Source: Octopus sinensis (Eukaryota). From it: 64,000 nucleotides of DNA. The stretch spans positions 30,504,001 through 30,568,000 of the forward strand of contig NC_043013.1 in assembly GCF_006345805.1 (NCBI RefSeq), given 5' to 3'. A program made the translations under genes and the position numbers. Positions within the stretch are counted from its first letter, which is position 1. The number at the start of each line of letters is the position of its first letter. The notes below the pieces were generated by a model. The model searched no databases, was not told the origin of the DNA, and saw only the letters and a list, made by a program, of their open reading frames with translations. Positions 15,036-27,500 of this stretch are shown here, one piece after another.

Positions 15036-15436
15036 TACTCTCTTTTACTCTCTGTTACTTGTTTCAGTCATTTGACTGCGGCCATGCTGGAGCACCGCCT
15101 TTAGTCGAGCAAATCGACACCGGGACTTATTCTTTGTAAGCCCATCTATCGTTCTCTTTTGCCGAACCGCTAAGTGACGGGGACGTAAACACACCAGCAT
15201 CGGTTGTCAAGCAATGCTAGGGGGACAAACACAGACACAAACACACACACATATATATATATATACATATATACGACAGGCTTCTTTCAGTTTCCGTCTA
15301 CCAAATCCACTCACAAGGCATTGGTCAGCCCGGGGCTATAGCAGAGGACACTTGCCCAAGTTGCCACGCAGTGGGACTGAATCCGGAACGATGTGGTTGG
15401 TAAGCAAGCTACTTACCACACAGCCACTCCTGCGCT
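15036..15436 (-). mobile_element. CORE-like tRNA-SINE with internal (CA)/(TA) tract
   Basis: Reverse complement: tRNA-like head agtggctgtgtggtaagtagcttg...ggttcagtccc, CORE-like ttgggcaagtgtc, internal microsatellite, then a tail; highly similar to 35747-36146. Confidence 0.9.
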
Positions 15437-16559
15437 ATGGTAAAATATTGTGCTATTGATACGCAGGAACAAGAGCTACGCCAATTACATTTGCAGAACC
15501 GGCGGAGGTAGTTACGCATCTAATACAACATATTTTATGAAATCAGAAGTAATGACATAAACATGTATAACGCTAGATTTGAACAGCGTGTCGTGTCCCA
15601 GGTACACACAGATACACACACCCACAATCAGGTACATATGTGTATTATATCTTACAGCCAAAAAGTTTAGAAGAAAATAGTAACACCACCAAATACTAAC
15701 GATTGATTTCTAACTTAAGCACGGCGGCAAATGTTTGTGTAAAAGATGGCAGTATGACCGATTTCAGTATGTCCTAGTATTTATCCTCAAGGTAAAGAGA
15801 GGGAGGGATTAGAAGCCAAAATAATTCTGTCAAGATTCTAATTTTTACTTAAAACGTGAAATGTATCTAAATACAAGACCGTTGAGATTAGAGAGCTAAC
15901 GTAGACTCGTTAAGAATTTGAAATCAGCTGAAAATTATAACATTTTACAGTAAATAGGATCTATAAGGTTTAGTCCGACAGTAACACCAACAATTACTAA
16001 TACTGTTGTTAATAGTAGTACTGTTACTACTATTACAATTTATGCAAATGATATTAACCATAATTGTTGCGGCGAGAGGAGAAGACGGTAATATCGAAAT
16101 TAGTGCAGCTTGGTTACTTTGATCAAACTGGAGAGATGGGATATCGCTACCTATCATGCATACATGTATATGCATATATAAAATGGGATTTCGCACAATT
16201 TTCATGAACCAATTTTTGGAAGCAGAAATTATTTGTGGATCTGGGATTTGTAGTAGGACTGCGCGTGAGTCAATACATATTATACTCAACCTCACACAAG
16301 CAAGCACTTTATGTCTCGACTCTTTTACGAATCCACATGAACATAAATGCATGCAACATACAGGATGCTCATGGTAAATTTGACATGGTTTTGTTTCTCC
16401 TTCCTTATTCAGAAATATCTTGATATATTGGTAAACAATCAACGGCGTTGAAGAGCATAAAGTTTAATGTTATGGTTGATAAAAATTTAGCTGACATAGC
16501 GGACTGAAAGCTAACTGAATATTGGAAAAGAATTGCCTGTATTATGATGATTCTCACCG

Positions 16560-16830
16560 GGATCAACATGTAGACAAGATGACTGCTGCTCAATGCTCTG
16601 TGAACACTGTAAAGGCTGTAAGGCATAACATGGTCAACTGTTATGTCACGCCGGGATTCAACCAACAGCGGATGAATAGGACCTCTGATTCAATTCAAGT
16701 CCGCGATGGTCAGAATCAATGAAGTTTTCGATAGTCTGCCCAGGGCCACAATGAGGGACGAATGCGTAAGTTTCTGAAGCCGAGGTGGAAGTTGAGGGCT
16801 GCTACTTTGAGTAACTATTACCTTCCAGCC
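16560..16830 (+). mobile_element. Possible Tc1/mariner-superfamily transposase C-terminal relic
   Basis: Reads FKSAMVRINEVFDSLPRATMRDECVSF*SR (shift) VEVEGCYFE*, resembling the ...F.SR.EAV.E.EG.YFE* terminus; no catalytic motif or TIR found. Confidence 0.35.
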
Positions 16831-19777
16831 ATGTTATTTATACATTTTAAATACTTTTGTTTTTGGATGGGACATATTATCTATTTTCGTATAAGGCACA
16901 CTATCAAATTTAGCCAGAACAACGTGCATATAGACTACTGAAGACACAGAGACACATGCATACACATACTTCTCCCTAAATCCCCTTCGAACCTTAGCTC
17001 TCTCTCTCTCTTTCTCTTTCTCTCTATATTCTCCTCCACCTCTCCCTCTATCTATCTATTGTTTCATCTCTCTCTTACCCGTATGGACCATTACTACCAT
17101 GCAATTTTATCGGATTTTTGCATTCTTCCTTAAGGAGCCATATCATTGTTTGTTTCGGATTAGAGAGACACATGTTAGGCCCTGGGATACTAATCTGACT
17201 TATGGGAAGTCTTCGTGGAACATCAGTGCTTCGTAGGTATTAGGAAGCCTTAATACATGGGTGAGCCACTACAGTTTCTTCTTAATATTTAGAAATCTAA
17301 GATTAATTGCTATGGGGATATTTCATATTGAAATACTGATATGCATATCTCATATGAACATCTCTCATATATCCTGTAAACCGCTATGTCCTTGTTTGCT
17401 TATATGTACTTATTCTATGGTGCATCTTTTGGTGTCCTTGCCAGCTATTCAAACCTATCAACCGTGGACAGCATTTGTTGGAATCTCGCAATACACGTAG
17501 TAATCTTCTAAACATTGTAGATATTAATTATATCGGATTCAGTCTAAGTCTCAGCATGACAGATACTCTGAACCGTTCTATTTTGATACAAACCATAATG
17601 ATATTTTTCCTTGAAGGTAACCAGATCTTGAGCCTGACAGCGTGTATATCCACCTGCCGCTTTTTATATGCTGTTTTGGAAAACTTTATGCAATCATTCT
17701 ACAGCTGATTTTATTAAAACAAATTCCATATGTTGATAACGGTGGGAAATTAGAACGTAAACAGTCACGCACTGAGTTCACTTTTTGACTAGTACGTATT
17801 TTGTGGCACAGGAACAAAGGAAGGCAACATGTATCTCACCTTAATTCGAACTCGAGATATACATATTTCCTTACTATTATACTCGTAATTCCTCCTTCAT
17901 CAATAAATTTTTAATATAAATATTGTGTAGAAATGTAAATACAATAAAACTCCCCTCCTTGCTTTAGTGTTAATAGTTTTAGTATATGAAATGAATCAAA
18001 GACAAAATCGAACACAGCTGCGTTGTATCTTGCAAAGTTATCGGACGTATCTGAATCCCAGTTCTCTTATTTTATTACCACTCGATTTCTGATATAAATA
18101 AAAGAAAAGCTCCATGGAATCTCTAATGAACGATTATGACGTTGCTAAATACAGGCATACATAGAAATTAGCTCAATTGAGACTTATTAATATACGTTTT
18201 AATCGTGATTACGAATTAATACTTAAAAAACTGGTTTGATCTTTATTGATAATTGTAACATTCTTTGTGGCTTTTTTCCATTAAATAAAATAAAACTATA
18301 ACATTTGCATAGAAAAATAAGATAAACAATGGAGCGACAGATAGATATAATCATTTCATAACGATATTAATAATAGACAAAAACCAGTAAATGCGTATCA
18401 AATTAATATCTAAACGTGGACTTGAATAATTAAATTACTTGCATTGTAGCAATAAATTGCTACTGAGTAGTGAAGTAGCAGCAATCGCAAAGCGACGGAG
18501 AAAATGCTGTACTGTATTTAGTTACGGTTCTCCACGATTTCTGTTCAAATATGAATAAGATCCGATTTGGCTTTAACCGTTCTGGTCCGGTAAGAAAATG
18601 TAGCAGACTGTTATCGTTACTTGACTACACGTATTTTTATCAAAATGGAAGTGCTATACCTATGAAGGAATCTAATAATAAAATATCATCCATGTCTTTA
18701 ATCCCTATATCTAGAGTGTCGTCATTTGGTGTATTGCTTTAACTGCAGGTCATAATTGACAGAGTACACACAACTATGTTATACCTAGCATAACGTTCTG
18801 ACTTTTCAGTGAGATCTATAATACTTTCAGACATATATCTTTCCCTTTTAGAAGGAATTGGGTGGCGCTTTGAATGATATTTTCGTCTTATTTTATGCAA
18901 TGTAACTTGCGAGACCGGGATAAAGCTTTCTCGTCGAAACATGTTTATTTTAATATTTTTAATAAGTAATTGCAATATGTGGCAATTTCCTTGCTAACAT
19001 TGCTCTATCGATGCTACCCTGGAAGTTAAAAAAATAGTAGCGATATCTACTGTTATAAAGGAAATATTTTTATGATAGAAAAATAATGTAGGACAACTTT
19101 AGAAAAAAATTTGCGATTAATTTACTATCAAATTTTCAGTCATTCCTTCTAAGAAATGTATATCTGTTCAGTTGGCGCCCATTATCTATAAAGGTTTGTG
19201 TTTTCTTCTTTTACATACCAAATATCTCGCTGTTTCGATAGTTCTAGTCACCAGCGACTTAATATAAAGTATTGTTGAGATATACATGTATCTTCAAGAG
19301 GTGACCGAGAAGGTGTTTATACAACACGTATACGGCTGTCTACTTCCTAGGTAACTTGTTCCATTGTCATCAAAACCACGATATATATAAGAAAGATTAT
19401 ACTAATGTTTTTCTTTCGTACAGTCACTTATAATATAACTTACATGACAGTGGTGAACTAAATGTAGGCGTATGTTATAAAAATATTCTGACTGGAATTA
19501 GAAGTCTCGAGTAAACTTACAGCCTGATAATTCACTATCTTAAATATAAAATTATATTTGCTATTTGTCGTAAGATACTGGCTGGCTAACAATAAGTTTA
19601 TTTATCCTTTGAAAGGTCAGACACGGATCTAGTATAACGTGCATCATCTTGGTTCGTTGGTGACTAAAACAGCTTAACAGCTCGGTATACTTAGTAAATA
19701 TAGCTGCGACAGCATTATATAAATATATATGCACACACACACTCATACACACACACATATACACATGCATATATATA

Positions 19778-19818
<41 letters not shown>

Positions 19819-20273
19819 TCTCCATGTTTATTTCTGTGTTTCTTTTTGTAGAAGAGCGTAAGCTTGAAACGTAAAAGACCTTCTCACTTTCCTAGCGTTA
19901 AACTAATACATCTGTTTGTTGTATACACATCCGTCTTCGTATGTTGTTCTTTTAGTAAATTCTCACTACATATACATGTATATGTATATGTACACACACA
20001 CATATACATATATGTATGGATGTATGTATGTATGTGTGTATGTATGTATGTATGTATGAATGTATGTGTGTGTATATATATATATATATATATGGTAATT
20101 GTCTACTCCTTATGCAGAGCCTGACCAACTTTTATATTTAAACCTTAGATATATCATGGCGTATCATATGGCTTTTTAATTACTTTAGATATAGTGCTCG
20201 GAGAAGAATACTGAGTAACACGCTGAAAATTGCATAGGCCCGACCCTACGCGCTCACACATATGCACAGACAT

Positions 20274-20277
<4 letters not shown>

Positions 20278-20345
<68 letters not shown>
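20278..20345. repeat. (GA)n microsatellite
   Basis: Seen directly. Confidence 0.98.
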
Positions 20346-20349
<4 letters not shown>

Positions 20350-20913
20350 ATTTGCGACAAAGGGAGGAAGGGGAGAGTGAGAGAGTGAGAAAGAGACTTT
20401 TATCAGCTGGACTAAACTCTCCCTTCCATTACATTAGTCGAAAATTGGAAAATTGAATCAAATACACAATATATGTAACGTTGTTTCGCTCACTAACTTT
20501 AATATTATTTATGACGCTTTATAATATATTTCGAAAAGATTTCAGTGATTAACTTCCATTTCTTTGTTTTAAATTGATAACTCTGACGCGATCGTCAATG
20601 TATTTCAGTTTTATGAGTATCTAGAGACAAATATTGAGAGAAATGTAAACGCAAATGTTTGGAAGTGTGTGATAAATGAACGGGAGCAACGGTTTTCAAT
20701 TTTGCTCCTTGGTGCTATTTGACTATAACTATAAATTATAGAAATGCATGCTCTAACGAGTTCTTTCATGAGGAGCTATTCCCCCCAATCATCCCTCACA
20801 TTACACACTTTACCATCATCAATACAGAAACTTGTAGTGGAGAGTGCTACAAAATCGGTAACACTGTTCTAGTTGATATCTAGAAGGCCTTTCAGAACGA
20901 AATATATCCCAGA

Positions 20914-21273
20914 CTAGCACTATGACCAGGCGTTGCCGGGACATAGTGCTAGTGCATGCATATACAGCTACGTGCGTGCACACATATACGCGAGTACTGT
21001 CCAAATCTCCGACCAATCACATACAGCTAGCTGGCATTCAATTGGCGTATCAAGTTTCGAACATTTCGTTTGGATTTTGGATAGAAAATTCACAAAAAAT
21101 CACTTCTATTGATTTTTAATGGCTTTCCGAGGTGAATGGGGAAATGTAAAGATGTGTACGACCATCCATGGATGGTTTTGAATGACCATAGAAAGTGCGA
21201 GCCCTCTAACTGAAGAATTGTGGATTTGTATAAAGAACACACACACAGACATTTTGCCGTTTATATATAGAGA
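20914..21273 (-). mobile_element. Non-autonomous mini-Helitron (~360 bp)
   Basis: Minus strand starts TC (A|TCTCTATATATAAA) and ends with a GC hairpin cccggcaacgcctgg followed 8 nt later by CTAG|T; inserted between A and T with no TSD. Confidence 0.8.
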
Positions 21274-23039
21274 TATAACTAGTTTGTCGGTATAACATTT
21301 GACTGTAACATGGAATTGTCACTGCAGTTGCTATTCCATGTAGTTGTTTAGAACAATACTAATCAGTTCGACTTCTTTGGTATCTGACCTCATTAAGGTA
21401 ACATCATGAACATATATTTACACGGCTCTACTACTCCTCATTTGGAATAAATTCTATACCTGCCGAATATATTAGAGATACATTTTGTGGAAAAGGCCTA
21501 CCATGACAAATGGTCCTTCAGATTTCTATTGAGTCACAATCCTAGCACAGATCCGCTGCAAAAGAAAGCGACCTTTTGTAATTGGCCTAAATTTGGCAGC
21601 TATGTCGGCAGCAAGTAATTATTCTTTACTCAGTTATAAGCGTTCATTTCATCAAAATTGTATCGTAAAGTAAATATTTTAGACCATTCTCGGTAAAACG
21701 TAGCATACATAAAGATTATAATTTTTAGACTTCTGATAACGCATATCAGATCCCACCACAACAGATTAACGAGAACATGCAGCAATCATTTTGCTTGGAC
21801 TCTCGCCAAACATTTAACGTCTGTTTACTCTGAAGAAATGATTAAACTATTACATATAATGTGCTTATTGTATGCTTAAATACTCAGCATTGCTACTCCT
21901 TACGGGTTACAGGCATTGAAATATTGAATTCTTTGTTCTTCGAATTGCAACAAATTTCTGCGAAAGAAGCGATCCAAAACAGGTGATTTGACACACAAGA
22001 AAACTATCTGCTATATAAACATCCAGAATATACTGCGTGCCTACTACACGCTTTTTGTAATATGGTTCCTGTGGCTGATATTTTCCTTAACAGAAACAAT
22101 GATGAAATGTGTTCTAATGTTTACTGGAAAGATTGAATCGTATCTTAAGTAAATGAACTCCTGATTGTAACTCCACACTCCTGCTCTAACCCCGTTGCCT
22201 GGCTGAATAAAGGAGACGATGTGTTACATGCTCTTTTATATTCTTTTGTGTGGGCTGGCCAATAAAATATTTAGTAAAATACTGACGCAACAAACACGAA
22301 ACGCGAAGTAGGAATCATTTCTTAACGGGGTCACTTTTATCACAAAACTTTGCCATCTGTAGCTTGAAAACAACATATCTGATGTGGACAGATGCATTCA
22401 AAAAGAAACAAAAAACAATACTTGTTTCTGATTAGGCAGAAGACAAGCAGACTTAAAAGGGGATGATCTTTGTTGCTTCAGTTGATTTTATTGTTTGACT
22501 GCCACCGTATCTTATCGACCCCGGAGGAATGAAATGCGAAACAGACTTCAGAACACAAAGTGTGAGTCTGAACGAAGGTGGAACGAAGCCAGTAGATTTA
22601 GGGGGATGGGTAGTCAATTATAGCGATCCGATCACTTGAATTACATTATTTTATTGACCTGAAATTGTGAAAACCCAATTTGGAACTCAGAACATAAAAA
22701 AACGGAGGAAACATAACATGACTATGCATTGTTTCGACGCCCGAACTATCCTACCTGCTCGTCGTTTTAAATTGTGGTTTACGAGCACGAGAGTTTGAAA
22801 TGAGTCGAGTTTAGTGAATGGCATAGACCCATTAACCAGATTGGAATCCGAAGTTAACAATCCAGGAGGGACGAAAGGCGAAAGTGTTTCCTATCAGATT
22901 ACATCCCAGAAGGTAACACAGGGGACATATACTGTTCTGGCATGAGAAATAACCCTGCTCTTTCCGCTTGTCATCCTTTCGAGGTATATAAAATAGAGTG
23001 TTAAACAATTACTGGACTAAATGGAATCAACCATCACCC

Positions 23040-23215
23040 TACATACATATGTATATATGTATGTTTGTATGTATGTATGTATGTATGTATGTATGTATGT
23101 ATGTGTATATGCATGTATGTATGTATGCATGTATGTATGTATGTATGTATGTATGTATGTATGTATGTATGTATGTATGTATGTATGTATGTATGTGTAT
23201 GTATGTATGCAAGGT
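23040..23215. repeat. (TATG)n microsatellite
   Basis: Seen directly. Confidence 0.98.
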
Positions 23216-23984
23216 ATGTATTGTGCTTGTGCCTCTGTGAGGATTCTGTACCTTACAGGAGAATATTTAGCTAGGAACCTCGTTCACTTTTTACAAAGCT
23301 ATACTTATGTATCTTTACTTGTGATTTAGACTTATTTCTAGCAGTTTGTTTTATGTAGAAATATATCCTGCTGACAAATAAACGAAACCATAATTACCGC
23401 TGTAATAACCATAATACAGAGAGAAATAATTTCATTGTAATAAAGTATAGTTGTTAAATTCTTGTGTAACTTCGGAGGCGTATTAATATATTTGTACAAT
23501 AATGTTATTTCATTCTTATATCCGACTATTGTAAAACTGTCTCTTTTTTCCACCTGGAGAATGAAACTTAAGAAGTTTGATCGCTTTTTATATTCATGAA
23601 TAATATAATACTGCAACTTTATGTTCTCCCTTCTCTATAGTATAACTTTTATATACATTAAAATGTCTTACATGTTTACTCTTTGAATACGTTGAATGTT
23701 GTTCGTATTGCGTTGTGCTGTATCATTTTCGTAGCTCTCACTTAATTGTAAAAATACAATAGCTGTGATAGCCTGTAGTTTGAAACTATGTAAACCTGTG
23801 TATTGCATTACAACACATTATGCATAGTGTCAATATTTTCTAACGAAGATTAGTGAGGTAGCTGAAATAGAATATGTCCGATTTAAGCAAGTAATCAATA
23901 CATACAAAATAAAGATAGGTATATATGAAAGTGTTTCGATTCGTATTCAGAGCTATATGGGCTACATATACAACATTAATATTT

Positions 23985-24291
23985 TCTTGTTTGATTGTTC
24001 CTTCTCGAGCCACGCCTGGCTCATAAGGGCCGGTTTCCCGGTTTCTTTGGCGTATAGGTTCCCCACCTGACGGGGCGCCAGTCTCTCGCAGGTGAGCTGC
24101 AAGATGCAGGAGGAAAGAGTGGGAGAAAGTTGTGGCGAAAGAGTCAGCAGAAGTCTGGTATTACCTTCTGCCGGAGTCGCGTGGAGCTTAGGTGTTTCAC
24201 TCATAAACGCACACATCGCCCGCTCTGAGATTCGAATCCGCGATCCTTCACCCGCTAGTCAGCTACTCTAACCACTAGGCCATATGCCTCC
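23985..24291 (-). mobile_element. tRNA-derived SINE with 15-bp target-site duplication
   Basis: Head ggaggcatatggcctagtggttagag...ggattcgaatc (A/B boxes); direct repeat acaacattaatattt at 23970-23984 and 24292-24306. Confidence 0.9.
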
Positions 24292-25293
24292 ACAACATTA
24301 ATATTTATATTCTACCCGGCGTCGACTTTGGATTTCATCATTTCATATTCTACAAAATAATTACCAGTTGAACACTAGAGTTGATGTAATCGACCTACGC
24401 ACTTGTGCCAGAATATGAAACGAATATTTGTATCATGTCAAACAAAATATATTTTCTACTTAAATCCAGAGTGTAGCTTAAGTGGTAAATTTCAGCATTT
24501 TTATGATGCAAAATTAATGTTCAATGATTTAATATTTCCGTCTTCAATGTGTAGAAAGTATTTATGAAATAAAGTGCGTGTTGTTTATTAAGCATTGTGC
24601 TTGTTGCGGGTCTATCATTAGTTAATGATTTTGACTGGTTCTAATCGTGACTTAAAATGTTGAAAGCTAAACGCAAGGTTCTACGAACTTATTCAAATGT
24701 TACAAACCTATAATAATCATTAACATTGGTAAAGTTCCAGCAATATGGCGGGAAACACATAGGTAAGTAAACTAATATATACTCTATAATGTAACGACGA
24801 TGTGAATATATGTTTCGTACATATATTCCACAAGGGATTTGCTTCGCATCTCTACGAAACTTGCTATACGAATTCACTGACTTAATGATGCAATAATATA
24901 TTTATTTGAAATAAAAACGTACTTTCTCTCCTAAAACTCAATATTCCATTACGTAAATCTACATTAAATACATTTAATTAGATTTTTATTTAGAGAATAG
25001 AATATATCGTTCAAAGTATTTGCAAATCAGCCACCCTTAATTCCCATTTTATCTCTGCTGTCAGGTATTTGGGATGGTCAGTATATCTACCACATTCAGT
25101 ATTTTAAACTACCTATAAAAGGCAATATACCCGAAAGATACAAATAAATTCAGATGTTTCGACCATTAACACAATCTTTTAGTGCAAATAACTCTGCTTG
25201 TTCCACTGAATTACTAAGCAATGAACATCAAATATGTCTTCTCGTATTTCTCACACAGTGCCCCTATTGCAGCCGCCATCAACATTTTCAATA

Positions 25294-25866
25294 TATTGAG
25301 TTGTCCGGAAAGTTCGTGCTGATTTATAGTAGCTTGCCTTTCGACTTATTTTAGAACATGGTTGAGCCCATAAAATAGGATTTGACTACCCCTCCATTTA
25401 GAGCACAGTTTAAGCAATCTTTTCGTGGACGAAGGTTTATGTTCCTATAACCTGTGTTAATTCTGTAACCCTTTAAAATAAAAGATGAGAACGTTCATTT
25501 TCGGCACTTGATGCCTTGGGAACCAGACAAAAATGGCTGCAGCTCGGCTGGGGCGTGTTACCCCACCCTCCATATCCACCATATATTGCTCCTTCGGATT
25601 TCCACTTATTCAGGTTTCTGCAGAATAGTCTTAATGGTAAAAACATTAATTCCTTGGATGACGTAAAAAGATACCGTGATTAATTCTTTGCCATGAAACC
25701 ACCTCAATTCTGGGAATAGGGTATTTTCAAGTTGAAGGAAAGATGGAGACGTATTGTCCAACAAAATGGTTCATAGTAGGTTGATTAAAAATGTAATGGC
25801 AAGTATTTATTGAACTTTTTTTTCTTTCCTTTAAAAATCATCACGAACTTTCCGGGCAACCCAATT
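25294..25866 (+). mobile_element. Internally deleted mariner (DD34D-type) element with ~30-bp TIRs
   Basis: Left end attgagttgtccggaaagttcgtgctgattt versus reverse complement of right end attgggttgcccggaaagttcgtgatgattt. 25558-25790 reads LPHPPYPPYIAPSDFHLFRFLQNSLNGK...GIFKLKERWRRIVQQNG with stops (HPPYSPDLAPSD motif). Confidence 0.93.
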
Positions 25867-26314
25867 CCTTCCCACTAAAATTCATTTTACTGCAATCCTA
25901 TGGGACTACATTTTGGTCAATATAATTTCTACGATAACCAACAAACAAAAGTTCAAAAATTAAAGACATCAATCACAACGCCATCATTAATGTAAAAGTG
26001 CATAGAAAGTTAAAGGAATAAAATTCATTGTAGAACCATGCTTCACAAAATATTCTTTTTTACCTCTAGACCTGTTTTTTCTTAACGTCGTATTTGAATG
26101 GAAATGTATCTGGAGTTTTATATTTTCTGTCTCTTGTTTTAGAAAATCAAGTTGAACTGGCATTTTAAAAGTTAAGAAATGGAGTTTTATAAATGTATTT
26201 AGAAGAAAATAATAAACTGATAATAATACATGAGTATTCGCACTTGCCGATACTGAAGTACCATTACGGATGCAACATGAGCTATTTTATAATATTGATT
26301 TCACATTTTAGCAC

Positions 26315-26465
26315 AAGGACAGCATTTTCGGGAGTGGGGATAAGTCGAGGAATTCGATATCAGTGTTTAATTGCTAATTATTTTATCGAACTCAAAAAGA
26401 TGAAAAGTAAAATAGAACTCGGCGGAACTTTTGTTCCGGTGTGCTAACAATTCTGCCAGTTTGCT
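26315..26465 (-). mobile_element. Deu/Nin-domain SINE remnant
   Basis: Reverse complement has ctggcagaattgttagcacaccgg...gttccgccgagttcta, matching the family head. Confidence 0.65.
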
Positions 26466-27237
26466 CTCTTGAGCTATTTTATAATATTTATAGAACAGTT
26501 TGCCATTATACATGCACTGTAATGTCAATATCATTTCGTAAACTGAATGTGACTGTTGTCCTACGTTTTATTATTCTAGTACTGCTTTTGTATATTCTTG
26601 ATACGATATCGTCTTTCTTCTTCCAGAAATCATCATTTTTACATTAAAATATTGCTCTTTTACTACCCGTCAAATAGTCAATTTCTAAATCTGTTGCCTT
26701 CCTGCATTCGATCGTATTGTATCGACATCAGTCGAACCGTGGTTAATGTGGAAAGTTGCAGCCAAAAATACGAAACTAATAGCATTTGCCTTTTGCTGGA
26801 GGTCTAATTATTTCACTGCAGTGCGCACTGATTGCTTTTGATATACCGGGATTAATTTATATCGCTCGTATATCACCGAATATTTAGGTCACTTCACAAT
26901 CTCTAATGGAATAAATTCACAAATTCAAGAGAATGGAAAGATAATGTATATGATTTTTATCAGCCTTCATAACATCTCTTTGGTGAACACTTTTCTAATT
27001 TCCAGGCATCCCAATGGGCACGAACATATTGATACATGATATATTTCAGAGAGTAATCAATGCATTTCTAACTTTTCCCGCTATAAAGATAAACGTTGAT
27101 TGCCAATTCATATACAACACTAAGAAAATTATTCTCCAACTTATTTAGTAACAAAAGTAAGATGTCACGTAACTATTGATTTTTCATAGATTTGAATAAA
27201 TTAAGCTCTTTACAGAATATATATATATGAATGTATG

Positions 27238-27279
<42 letters not shown>

Positions 27280-27394
27280 ATATATACACTTATTCACACA
27301 TATACATATATATGAATGTATGTATATACATATATATATATATATAATATATATATATATATAATATATATATTATATATATATATATTATTAT

Positions 27395-27500
27395 ATAGAA
27401 GGAGCTTCTACAGGACTAGTACTGTTTCATTCAAGAGAAATCTTCAGGAAGCTTGAGTACCTTACTTACTGTGGTTAACCCCGGATCAACCGGGACCTAC
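27395..27500 (-). mobile_element. Short HHR-bearing element (PLE-terminal-repeat-like) inside a (TA)n tract
   Basis: Unique ~105 bp between TA tracts; both halves shared with 29709-29910. Confidence 0.7.
27403..27453 (-). ncRNA. Type I hammerhead ribozyme, intact core
   Basis: Minus strand AGCTTC-CTGAAGA-TTTC(TCTT)GAAT-GAAA-CAG(TACTAGTC)CTG-TA-GAAGCT: 6-bp stem I, 3-bp stem II with U10.1-U11.1 mismatch, 4-bp stem III, GUA triplet. Confidence 0.85.

Noticed and set aside
15945-16442. 165-aa minus-strand ORF and adjacent hydrophobic ORF 16405-16665
   Set aside because: No recognisable domain or coherent splice structure; partly low-complexity and partly overlapping a probable transposase relic on the other strand.
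21476-21614. Open frame containing KATFCNWP (BIR-like TFxNWP)
   Set aside because: Weak acceptor and none of the BIR zinc ligands; probably chance.
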